Below, piece after piece: positions 11,593-23,400 of a stretch of 64,000 nucleotides of DNA; the first letter of the stretch is position 1; each line of letters opens with the position of its first letter. The translations under genes and the position numbers were made by a program. The DNA is taken from positions 2,480,001-2,544,000 of the forward strand of contig OX597818.1 of the NCBI GenBank assembly GCA_951406725.2, read 5' to 3'. This stretch comes from Octopus vulgaris (taxonomy: Eukaryota). The notes under the pieces were generated by a model. That model had not been told where the DNA came from. It was given only the letters and a program-made list of their open reading frames with translations, and searched no databases.

Positions 11593-14085
11593 TGTTTCTT
11601 TATTAGCCACACAGGGCTGCACACAGACGGGACAGATTACAAAGTAGAGCTTTTCTTTTGGGGGGGAGAGAAAACAACATAAAGGGGGGGGGGGGGTAGG
11701 TTTTCGATCAAAGGGGATCGTAAAAGGGAAAGCAGAAAAAGAAAAAAAAGAGGAAAAGAAACGAAAAAAACGATCAATAGAGATCGTGTATCGCAGTGTC
11801 ATGATGTAAGGTGTAAAGGGGAAGCAGATAAGGTTTATCCGTGGGAAGAAAAGCCTACGGAAAAGACCACGGTAACCTCGGTCAATATTGTTACATGTTA
11901 CCAAATTTGTTTGCAAGTAGGTAACCCTCTGTTTCATAGGATTATGCTCAAGGTGGCTTCGTCATTCATACGTGCCATCCTTGCTACATTCACCCATCTT
12001 TTTTAAAAACATTTTAAAACTTGCCTCTCTACTATCGCTTTCTTTTTCAAGTGATACTTGAAGAAGTTGATGAGAAATTGACCAGAGAGGAAAGTGTTTG
12101 TCTCCAATCCTTTCAGACACGTCCACCAGATACATTCTTTCGCCATAGTGAATGAAAATAGCTCTTCCTTCCCGTTTGAAAGAAGGAGGCATGACAATAT
12201 TGACGATAGACTTGGCTGATAAACCGACTTGTCCCACACGTGACAGCAGTTGTTCGACATAAGCTCACAGGTCGGAGATTGTTGAACACTCCACGACTGC
12301 GTGCAGAACGGTTTCGTCGCTCTGACAGCATCTCAGGCAAGCCGGCCCCATGTTTCTCGAGCCGTGTCTGTAGAGCTTATCTCGAACGGGTAGCGCTTCT
12401 CAGTAGCACTGTCAGGCCAGGGATCTCTGGAAGTTGTCCATGGGCCCTGGCCCGAAAGTCGTCCTGAATAGGCGGGTCAGGTATTCCTCGTCGACGTCCA
12501 GGTTCGCCCCGAGCTCGTCGTCGTACGTCCCCTCCACTAATCCCCTATAGAATGATTGGGTTGTGTTGAAGTCACTCAAGGTCGACCCGGGACGGCATAG
12601 TTGCTTGAGAGCAACACGACACTCGTGGTGCCATTCGCCCTTCCTCTGCCTCTTTTTGATCCACGACTGCAGTTCGGTCATGGAGACGAGCTGCGGGAGG
12701 GCGTGCCTCACAAACGGCGACCACACCTGTTCACCGTCATCTACATAGAGCCTGAGATGTCGTAGTCTCAGTGCGTGTCTGCGCATCATCAACCACGGCA
12801 TGCCCAATCCTCCTTTTAACGGGTGTTGACAGCAAATGGATCACCTGACCATCGGGGCGCATCCTTTCCACAAGAAGCGAAAGAGAATGCGTTCTAGTTT
12901 GGTGATGGTAGGGTCGGGACAAGGTACGACGGTCAGGCAGTAGTAGATGACGGACGCGATGTACGTGTTCGCCACCTCCACCTGACCTTTTAGGGACAGT
13001 TTCCTCTCGGCTCATTGCCGAACGAGAGTGACCACCCTACTCATTATCCCGTTCCAGTTCTTCTCCATTTGGAGGTCTGGACCGAACCAGACCCCGAGCA
13101 ACTCGACCGGCTCGTCCATCCAGCATCCCACGACGGAGGCGCTGGTGGACGGCATGGGCTTGCTTCTCCAAGTGCCGAGTCGCAAGCCCACTGATTTTTC
13201 CCAGTTGATTTTTGCTCCTGTCACCTCTTCGTAGTCTTTCAGTGTCTCGCCGACCTGCTCGATTTTCTCGTGGATAGACACTATGACGGTGACGTCGTCC
13301 GCGTATGCAGACACGCTCGTCCCGCATCCTAGTTCTCGCGGGATGCCCCTCAGAGTTGCCAGTTTCCGCAATAATGGCTCAAGAGTCAATACGTATAGAA
13401 GCGACGAGAGGGGGCATCCCTGACGGACCGAACGTGCAATCTCGAAAGGTCTCGATAGATTTCCTTTTCCGCGAATTACCGAACCGATGCCTGTGTACAA
13501 AGCGGCTATCCAGCCGCGGAAGACGGGACCGAAACCAGCCGCTCCCAGGACAGCCTCCAAGTATCGATGGTCTACCCTATCGAAAGCTTTCGATTGATCC
13601 AAATTGATCAGTGCCCCACCATTGCCAGGTTCCTTAACTACCCTGTCTATGACATAGCGCATCAGGTGGAGGTTGTCAGGGATGCTCCGGCCCGGCACGG
13701 AGCACGTTTGCACCTTGTCGACCAGTTTCTCGATGACAAGTGCCAACCTCTTGGCTAACACCTTGGCCAAAATTTTCAAGTCTGCATTAAGCAGAGTGAT
13801 GGGCCTAAAGTTGTCTATTACATTCCCCTTGTTTAGATCTTTCTTCAACAGTGTTACGGCTCCTCAGCTTACAAAACCAGGAATGCTCCCGTTTTGCTGC
13901 CAGTTGCAGTACACCGCCGCCAAGATGTCTCCAAACAAGTCTGGCATACAACTGTAAAGCTCGTAGGGTAGATTTGTCCCTCGAGCATTCTACCATCGCG
14001 TCCTGCACTTCCGCCGCCGTGATGGCACCTTCGCAGCACCCTGCCTCTCTTGTCGAACGTCGTGGTAGGCTGTGTAGGTAGGCAC

Positions 14086-14086
<1 letters not shown>
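11593..14086 (-). mobile_element. Tx1/L1-clade LINE, copy B (5'-truncated; RT, C-terminal zinc finger, 3' UTR)
   Basis: LDQSKAFDRVDH, SVRQGCPLS, AYADD, CLRC..ETVLHAVVEC; AATAAA just before a (TATC)n tail; (AGAT)n on both sides. Confidence 0.9.

Positions 14087-14174
<88 letters not shown>
14087..14174. repeat. (AGAT)n microsatellite
   Basis: Perfect tetranucleotide run abutting the 5' truncation point of Tx1 copy B. Confidence 0.95.
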
Positions 14175-14472
14175 CAGATAAGGGAAGTGAAGTGAGAGAA
14201 TAGGTGTTTATTTCATTAGTTTAATGCACTGTTTTTATAATGCATATTACAAGGGTGAGGTGAAAAGTTCACAGGCTGACTATAAAGGAGTGATGCTAGA
14301 GCTGTGAAATCTTGTAGCTAATCTGCTGCATTGAGGTTATCTTCTTTGTGAAACTTTGCTGAATACCCTCAAGTTCCACAATTAATTTTATACTATGTGG
14401 TGACCTAGTTGAGAGCAACAGTCAAAATGATTTTGAGGGCCATTGTGGTTTCCTGCTCTCTTGTTCTGAAAG

Positions 14473-14645
14473 TTCTAAGAATCCATCAGGCCAGTCATCT
14501 TATAGACATTTTATTACCAACTTGGAAGGATGCATTATTACTTTTGTCAATGCCGAGATCATGCATTGATTGTGGTTTCAAGAGGGCAAGAACTTCATGT
14601 ACAGTGTATTTGCTTACTACAAACATTAAATATGATTCCAGATAA
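14473..14645 (+). CDS. Possible terminal exon of the plus-strand gene
   Basis: Pyrimidine-rich tract plus aag acceptor; phase 1 matches the donor at 2285; open to TAA; AATAAA downstream near 14908; no recognisable protein motif. Confidence 0.2.
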
Positions 14646-15542
14646 CAAAACATTAAAACTCAGTATGTTCCTATCAAATGTTCAAATGAACAAAAGGAAG
14701 TTAATTAAACAACTAAATATTTATTAAATTCTTTAAATAATTTTCTAAATATTCATCATTACAGAGAAAGAATTTAAATTTTAACACACTGTTTAACAAT
14801 CATATTCACATATTCCTTGTAAAATATTCCATTTGTTCTTCAGATTGGTTACTGGACAAACAACCTTTACTATTAAATCTCAAAGCTATGTATGATTAAT
14901 TCAATGTGAATAAATAGGCATTACATTTGACAGAGTAACCTAAATGCTAAAGGGTTTATCTCTCATTTGGGGTAATACCACTCTTGTCCTTGGGCACTTT
15001 CAGTAGAGTCCATTCTGTTGTAAGTGTCCAGGCTAGGTCTCCTATTTAGGGACATCTTCCTCCCTTATTACCACCAGTCTTGGAGACTGAAAACATAAAG
15101 GATCAGGGAGGCTGCATTTCCCTTCCTCACTAAGTGATAAACACACAAATAACAATAAATTCTCCTCAGGTCAGCCCTGACACAATAGAACTATGTTTAA
15201 AAACATTCCACCAACAACCATCATGTTTTATTCAAACAGTGAATTCAAGACTCTATTAATCAAAGTGTATTTCATCTTTTAAGACTATAGTGCAAATATA
15301 GATAGATGTGGTTACTATTTTCAGTGGGTTAAGTGACCCTCCCCCATCAAAGGTTCTCTCAGTAACTGAATGCAAATTCTTTTGATATCAGATCTCATGA
15401 AATCTTGGTATTTTAAACTTAACTTACTCTGGTCCGGCATACAAAAGAAATAATGCACCTGTCCAATTAGGAAATGCATTTCAGAGAATAATATCCAGAA
15501 ACATTTAATTTTTTTTTTTAGTTTCTTCCTCTTGATTTGAAT

Positions 15543-16088
15543 TTATTCAAGAATATTGAAAGAATTAATTTCATTATTATAGGCAGATGCTGTCATTAAT
15601 TCTTCTCTGATTGACTGAATGAGAGGTTGTGAGGTGTTTGGCTTGATGTTCTTATAAATAGCATCAATTTCATCATCTGTAGCTTTCTGTGATATCTTTT
15701 GTCGTAAGAATGATTGATTAGAACTGGAAGTCTGTGGAGAGAATCTGGAAAATTGTTGAACAGTGCTAATTTTATTACTGTTCTTAGAAGAAAAGTTTGG
15801 TATTTTAGAGCCAATAGTTCTTAATTGATTTGTTGAGATGTCTAGACTCGTTGCAACTTGTCTATGAGGACATAACTGATGTCTGGCAGCAGAATATGAA
15901 GTTGAGTTAGACAAGTGAGGGAAGTAATAAGTGGAACTTTGGGTACTACAACAGAAATTATTGATGCCAGGTATGAGATTTTTTTCTTTATGATTCTCTG
16001 GGAAATGCTGAGTAGAATGCATCAAAGGTTTTTGAGAATGTTTATGATCAAAACAGTCTTTATTTGGGGCCATAAAAGGTATCCAAGC
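15543..16088 (-). CDS. Terminal coding exon of a UPF0606/KIAA1549-like gene (AWIPFMAPNK...SQPLIQSIREELMTASAYNNEINSFNILE*)
   Basis: ttttttgtag acceptor, phase 0, open to stop; LIQSIREEL resembles the recalled KIAA1549 C-terminal LIKAIREEL motif. Confidence 0.8.
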   Translation of the reverse strand, partial: AWIPFMAPNKDCFDHKHSQKPLMHSTQHFPENHKEKNLIPGINNFCCSTQSSTYYFPHLSNSTSYSAARHQLCPHRQVATSLDISTNQLRTIGSKIPNFSSKNSNKISTVQQFSRFSPQTSSSNQSFLRQKISQKATDDEIDAIYKNIKPNTSQPLIQSIREELMTASAYNNEINSFNILE

Positions 16089-16891
16089 CTACAAAAAAAA
16101 ATTAAATTAAAATTAGTTTATGTCATCAGCCATGTCCTTCTCATGTCACATAACTACCACCACCAACACCATGTCATCATCATCATCATCATTGTCATCA
16201 CCACCACCATCATCATCATCATGTTTCCAGTCTCTCTTCCACATTGACTGCACTATGATATTTCATCTTACCATATTTCATCATGTGAGGATTGATATTC
16301 TTAGAATATCTAAACTGAACTTCAAATGCTTTCTCTGTTCCACCATCCTGGACAGGTATTAAATGTTATCAACTCCCCCAAAAGGACAAAAGGTAAAGGT
16401 GATCTTGACAACATTTGAATTCAAAACTGAAACAAATACTGCAAGATATCTTAGCTGATGCTCTAGTGACACCATCTAACTTCCCAGGTCTCCAACCATT
16501 GTCTTATATTACTTTCTACCTCACATCTTCTCTGGAGATCTCTCCTGTTCTTTCTCCCCTCTCAGTTGATCTCTCTCTTTTCTCAATTGGCCCCTCTCTC
16601 CCCTCAGGTGATCTCTTACTCTACCCCTACTCAATAGATTCCTCACTCCTTTTCATATCCTTATTTCATAATAACCATTTCCACTTCTCAGGAATTCTTA
16701 TGATAATGACAATGATGATGATGATGACGACAGTGTCAGAGGTGGTGGTGGTGGTGGTGGTGATGGTGGTGGGGAGGCGGGGAGGAGGAGGGGCGTATAG
16801 GAGGGGGTAGGGGGAGATGATGATGATCATGACAACGATAACAATGACTGTAATGAAAGTTTATTAAAACCAAAATTACAATAAAACTTAC

Positions 16892-17025
16892 TTCATCAGA
16901 AGAAATTTTGCTCAGTTCATCTCCTGCTTTGTTCCACGAAGGAGAAATATTATATCTAGAATAACCAAGTTGAGGAGCACACTTACATTGCTGATACTGG
17001 GAGTACTTTGGAACATGTTGCATCT
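16892..17025 (-). CDS. Exon of the KIAA1549-like gene (MQHVPKY...KISSDE)
   Basis: ttttacag acceptor, GAA|gtaagt donor, phase 1 to 0, joins in frame to the terminal exon. Confidence 0.85.
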
Positions 17026-17111
17026 CTGTAAAATATATAACAGAAATATATATCAGAAACATTTCTATAAAACCAACATTTATAAAATGTGAGACAATTC
17101 TAAACACTTAC

Positions 17112-17152
17112 CATGATTTGGTTCATGAAAAGATTGTGACATAAATGGTTTC
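17112..17152 (-). CDS. 41-nt exon of the KIAA1549-like gene (KPFMSQSFHEPNH)
   Basis: ttttcag acceptor, G|gtaagt donor, phase 2 to 1. Confidence 0.8.
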
Positions 17153-17755
17153 CTGAAAATAGGGAAGAAGGAAATAATAAATTTTAATTTTCCAAATAGA
17201 AATATATTTATCAGTAATCAATAAGTACTGACATGATTGTAGATTAATTAATTTTCTCAATATTCATTTCTTTCTACAGTAATATGCACCAACTAGTGAA
17301 AGTTGCCTTGCTAAAGTGGGAGAGGAGTAGAGTAACTTGAAACGCAAAGAATAAATTTAATTGAAAGAGGAATTTGTTAATTGAGGGAAAGAGTATAGTT
17401 AATAGATACTGGAACAGATTGGAGACAGAAGTTGTCTAATAATCAGAAATGTCAAAACATATATTCAAAATATCAACATGTAAACAAAACTGTTAAAACA
17501 AACCAAAATTGTCATCAAATAAAATTACCTTCAAATATGCTTCTTCACCTGAGAAATCATCTTTCAAAGTTGCAAGGTTTTGTATAGTTAAAATAAAGCC
17601 AATATCTGATGTTAAATAGTGGTTCTATCCTACTGTGAGCTGAGTACCTTCTAGCCTTCTACACACATGGATAGACATTACTTGGATAGTGACAAACACT
17701 TTTAATCTTTAGCTCCCATAAATTGTTCAACAACACCATTATACATAACATTTAC

Positions 17756-17839
<84 letters not shown>

Positions 17840-17842
<3 letters not shown>

Positions 17843-19540
17843 GGCAATAACAGAGGAATTCAAGACAGGATGCCCCTGGGAGCTCCTCTATGCTGATGAT
17901 CTTGCTCTAATTGCTGAGTCACTATCAGAACTAGAGGAGAAGTTTCAAGTGTGGAAGCAAGGATTAGAATCATGAGGGCCTTAGAGTCAAACTCGATAAA
18001 ACCAAAGTCCTAATAAGTAGGAAGGTAGACAAACCACAAACGCCTTCAGGTAGATGACCCTGCTCGATCTGTAGAAAAGGCGTAGGTAGAAACTCTATAA
18101 GATGTACCCAGTGTAAGCTATGGACACATAAGAGGTGCAGCAATATCAAAGGAAGGCTAACTAGGAAGATAGTTTTTGTATGTGGCAGATGCTCAGGAGC
18201 AACAGACACTGAAAATGTGTGGAGAACAACTTCCGCCACGTTCCAGGGAGAAAAACTAGAAGTAGTTGATAGCTTCCATTACCTAGGTGACCAAGTCAGC
18301 AGCGGGGGTGGGTGTGCTGAAAGTGTAACTGCTAGAGTAAGAATAGCCTGGGCAAAGTTCAGAGAGCTCTTACCTCTGATGGTGACAAAAGGCCTCTCGC
18401 TCAGAGTAAAAGGCAGACTGTATGATGCATGTGTACGAACAGCCATGATACATGGCAGTGAAATATGGGCCGTGACTGCTGAGGACATGCATAAGCTCGC
18501 AAGAAATGAAGCCAGTATGCTCCAATGGATGTGTAATGTCAGTGTACATACTCAACAGAGTGTAAGTACCTTGAGATAAATGTTGGACCTAAGAAGCATC
18601 AGTTGTGGTGTGCAAGAGAGACGATTACGCTGGTATGGTCATGTGGCGAGAATGGATGAAGACAGGTGTGTGAAAAAGTGCTACACCCTAGTGGTTGAGG
18701 GAACTTGTGGAAGAGGTAGACCCAGGAAAACCTGGGACAAGGTGGTGAAGCACGACCTTCAAACATTAGGCATCACCGAGGCAATGACTAGTGACCGAGA
18801 ACTTTGGAAAAATGCTGTGCATGAGAAGACCCGGCAGGACAAGTGAGACCACAACCTGTGGCCTTTTCCAGGGTTGTAGCCAGCCCACTTATGCATACCT
18901 TTCCTTCTTTGGACATAAAACTCTGCTTGCGAAGACCTGTTGAGGCAAGTGAAATCGAAATTGAATTCGAAATCGAACCAAATCCAACAACTGGCTCCCA
19001 TACCAACCTCCCTTCATTGGACACTAAACTCTGCTTGCAAAGACCTGTTGGGGCAAGTGAAATCGAAATTGAACCAAATTCGATGACTGGCACCCGTGCC
19101 AGTGGAGCACTAACAGCCCCATCCAAGCAGGATCACTGCCAGAGCAGCTGTCTGGCTTCCATGCCGGTGGTCATGTAAAAAGCACCATTTGAGCGTGATC
19201 GTTACCGGCGTCACCTTACTGGCACTTAAACAAATCATTCGAGCAAGGTCGTTGCCAGTGCCGCTGGAGTGACTCCTGTGCAGGTGGCACGTAAAGAAAC
19301 ACCATTTCGAGCATGGCCATAGCCAGTACCACCAGACTGGCCCTCATGCAGGTGACACGTAAAAGCACCCACTGCACTCTTGGAGTAGTTGGTGTTAGGA
19401 AGGGCATCCGGCTGTGGAAGCTCTGCCAGATCAGATTGGAGCCTGGCACAGCCATCTGGTTCGCCAGTCCTCAGTCAAATTGTTCAACACATGCTAGCAT
19501 GGAAAGCGGACGTTAAATGATGATGATGATGACGATGATA
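17840..19540 (+). mobile_element. 5'-truncated RTE-clade LINE with PHD-like finger, 3' UTR repeats and (GAT)n tail
   Basis: ELLYADDLAL, KTKVL, CSIC..CTQC..H..C..CGRC, FHYLG, RRLRWYGHV, GRGRPRKTW; begins directly after (TA)n. Confidence 0.9.
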
Positions 19541-19559
19541 TATATATACACACACACTG

Positions 19560-19962
19560 TGATGATGACACACTGTGCTTGAGGAGACCTATTGAGTCAA
19601 ATCCATCAACATCAAAAAATCAAATGGAAATTGTAGTTGTGATACCTGTGCCAGTGGCACGTAAAATGCACCATCTGAATGTAGCCTTGCCAGTGCTACC
19701 TTGACTGGCTTCCGTGTTGGTGGTGCGTAAAAGGCACCAACCGATCATGGCCATTGCCAGCTTCGCCTGGCACCTGTGCCGGTGACATGTAAAAAGCACT
19801 CACTACACTCACCGAGTGGTTGGCGTTAGGAAGAGCATCCAGCTGTAGAAACACTGCCAGATCAGACTGAAGCCTGGTGCAGCCTCCTGGCTTCCCAGAC
19901 CCCGGTCGAACAATCAACCCATGCTAGTATGGAAAACGGATGTTAGATGATGATGATGATGA
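19560..19962 (+). mobile_element. Second RTE-family 3' end with (GAT)n tail
   Basis: Same 3' terminal sequence as 19100-19540. Confidence 0.75.
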
Positions 19963-19971
19963 TATATATAT

Positions 19972-20163
19972 ATCTGTAAAATAATATGTGACAATTATTC
20001 AGTAGCCAAGATAAAACTCTGAGTTTCAGATGCCGAGGTGGAAATCCACACCGCCATCTCTTCAGATAACCGAATAATTGTCACATATTATTTTACAGAT
20101 AAATTTCCTCTATTTACATAATATTGAGGTCTCTTTCTTTCTTTTGTTATCTTACTGTTTTTA

Positions 20164-20166
<3 letters not shown>
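19972..20166. repeat. Small fold-back element: about 30-bp perfect inverted repeat enclosing a minus-strand hammerhead-like core, (TA)n on both sides
   Basis: tatctgtaaaataatatgtgacaattattc / gaataattgtcacatattattttacagata; CTGAAGA-gatg...catct-GAAA-ctcagag-TT. Confidence 0.55.
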
Positions 20167-20204
<38 letters not shown>

Positions 20205-20379
20205 CACAAAAACAATATAGACTCTGAGTGGTTCTGTCCCCTTAAACAAAATCTTTGCCTTCCTTTTTATTTCTTAGTAAACTCTCTTTCTCCTCGCTCT
20301 CTTACTCTGAAAGCAACTGTAGGTGGCAGCACCAACATTTGCCAGTCAATTTCCCACACACATATATATATGTGAGTGG

Positions 20380-20443
<64 letters not shown>

Positions 20444-20445
20444 AT

Positions 20446-23400
20446 ATATATTCTCTTGTTTATTTTCAAAGAAGAAAACACAGTGGTACTCCAGATAGGT
20501 GTGAAGTCTGTTTATTCCAACTGTAAAACTCAAGACTGTAATAATAACATAAAGCAAAAATCGAGACACCTTGTGAATGTTCTCATGAGTTCCAGAACTT
20601 TCAATTCTATTGACTAGTGATCTCCACAACACCTCCCCACCAAAACTGATGCTACACTAGAAGGATCAACAACAAATTCTCTTTCTAGGCTTGGGTGTTC
20701 TTTTGGATTGTCTAGAGTTGTCCGGTTCATACTCTGGTACAAGCAGTTTGGTTTTGGATAGAAGTGGTCTTGTCTGTCTCTGAGTTTGTGACATTTCTTC
20801 CAGGATTTCCATTGGATGATCTGTTGGAAGTTTGGAAGTATTGCCAGTCTCATTGCTAGGTTCACAGTCCTCTGCAGAAGCATAGCATGGATGTAGTTGT
20901 TCCCAGTGCCATCTCCATACTATGCCATAAGGAAAACCTTGACATACCCAAAGACTTCATGATGACTGCTGCTCTCCATTGGGGCTGCTTGTCATGGCGA
21001 GGTTCGTAGTACAGTGCATATACAGGATGACCAGTCTTGTACTGTTTGGTTACCTTGGTGACACCTCCTGAATCTGTTGTCATCTCTGCATTTTATGACA
21101 CCTTGGATTGCTTGCTCTGAGCTATGTGTGCTGGTGAGGGCAGCAAAGAGTCAATCCTAGTCCGAATCTGCTGAGACATCAAGAGTTCGCTTGGAGAGAG
21201 TCCACAGGATGCTGGCATTCACCAGTACTCCATCAAAAACGCCTGAAAAGCTCATTTTGGGAACAGAGAAGACTTTCTCAGTGCCTGCTTAAAAGATTGT
21301 ACCAAACATTCTGCTGCTCCATTAGTAGCTGGATATTATGGTGCACCTGTCAGGTGTATGATCCCACATTCTTTGCACCAGCTCTGACATTCTTCAGAAA
21401 GGAAAGTTGATACATTGTCTGTGACCAGCATGTGAGGATATCTGAAGTTAGTGAAGTCTTCTAGCAGATCTAGAGTGGCTCTAGTGGATGTGGATGATGT
21501 TGGATGAATACATGGAAATCGTGAGAAAGCACCTGTGATCACCAGCCAGTTTGTACCCATGAAGTTGATGGCATGATCCATGTATAAGCACCTCCATGGC
21601 TTCTCTGGTAGTATCCATGGGTGAACTGCAGGTTTGGATGGCTTGTTTTGATGTTTGCCACATAAGTCACATCGTTGACTAGCTATTTCAATAGCTGCAT
21701 CAATACCAGGCCAGTAGAAAGTGGTTCTTGCTAATTACTTCATACGTTCCATGCCGAAGTGTCTGATATGCAGTAGATCTAGGATATTGGACTGTAGGCT
21801 CTGTGGAATCACAACTCTTGATCCATGGATGAGGCATCCATGGTAGATACTGAGTGAATCGAACAACTTCCAGAACTTTTCAACTTCATCTCAGTGTGCT
21901 TCAGTGGCGCCCTTCATAGACATAGTGCATCACTGTAGTTATTGCTGGAGTCTAACAGAGGATGTTTCCATCTAAAGGTTTGACTTGAAAATGGAGAACT
22001 CTAATGGTGCACACCATGTCCATGTCTTCACCACTTTTCCCCTTGATGAAGTTGTTGTCATTGCCATGATCCACTGTTTTCTGGTATTCAATTGTGTAGT
22101 CAAACTGGTTCAGCCATAAAGCCTATCAAGCTAGTCGGTTGGCTGCAAGAAGTGGTGTCCCTTCCTTCGGGCCAAACAGTGCTGTCTGGTTTATGATCAG
22201 TCACCAGTATGAACTGACATCCGTACGGATACTGGTAGTATTTCTGCAAACCAAAGATAATGGATAGGGCTTCCTTGTGGATTTGGTTGTAGTTTCTTTA
22301 CGCAAATGTGAGAGTCTTGGACACATTGGCAAATGGGCACTCACTTCCATCTAGATAGCGATGAAACAAGATAGCTCCAATTCTGACGTTGGATGCGTCA
22401 CAAACCAGTCCAAGAGGCTTGTCTGGGTTGAAATGTACAAGGACTTGATCTGAAGATAGTAATCTTTTCAACTGTTTAAACACTCTTTGCTCCTCATCTC
22501 CCCACTTCCAAGGAAGTGCCTTCTTGGTTAAATAGTAAAGTGGCTCAACCATAGTGGCCAGGTTTGGGATAAACTTCCTGTAGAACTGAACCAAACCCAA
22601 GAAAGACTTTCAGCTTGAGACATCTATAGGAGGTGGCATCTTCATGACTGCCTCAACTTTGGATCCCTTCACGATTCCTTCGGCTGATAAGGTGTGGCCA
22701 AGATAGTCCACATTGGTTTGTGTGAACAAGCACTTTTCATGGTGACACTTGAGTCCTTTGTCGTTTAGATGAGAGAGCAAATGCCTCAGGTTGCTCAAAT
22801 GGTTATTTGTGTCTTTCTTGCTAACAAGCATATCATCTTGGAAAACAGCAACTCCAGGCAGATCACTGGTCAGATTTTCCATAATCTCCAGGAAGTAAGC
22901 AGGCACTGATTTAATTCCAAATGGGAGTTGTTGCTGCAGGAGTACTCCACGAAGTGTGCTGAGAGCTAGCCTTCGTTGACTCTCTGCTGCCTGTCTGGTC
23001 TGGTTGTAAGCATCAGCAAAGTTAATCTTTGTATAACCGCATCCACCTCCCAGCTTCTGCATCAGTTCCTCTGGGAGTGGCATTGGATGACAGTGTTCTT
23101 CTAGCTGATTGTTGATGCCAACTGAGTAGATATCACAAATCTGTAACTTGGGTTTCAGTGTTCCCAGATTATGTGCTTTGCAAATCGGTACCACTGGCAT
23201 TCCGTACTCATTGAACTGGACTTGCTTCCAGACTCCTTTGCGATACCTTCTTCGTAATATTTGGCCAGGTCAGCACAAAGAGTGAATGGAACCAGTCATG
23301 CCATGTGAAAAAACAGCTTCACATCAGACTTGAATTTTACTTCCAGTTTGAAATCCTTAAGACATCCCAATTCTTCTTTGAAAAGATTTGGAAACTCATC

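Noticed and set aside
14248-14310. Possible mariner TIR remnant (tacaagggtgaggtgaaaagtt)
   Set aside because: No partner TIR or transposase was found; too short to support a call
17529-17548. Possible 20-nt minus-strand exon (ctcag...AAG|gtaatt)
   Set aside because: The phase needed to join the next exon introduces a TGA stop; the gene chain is complete without it
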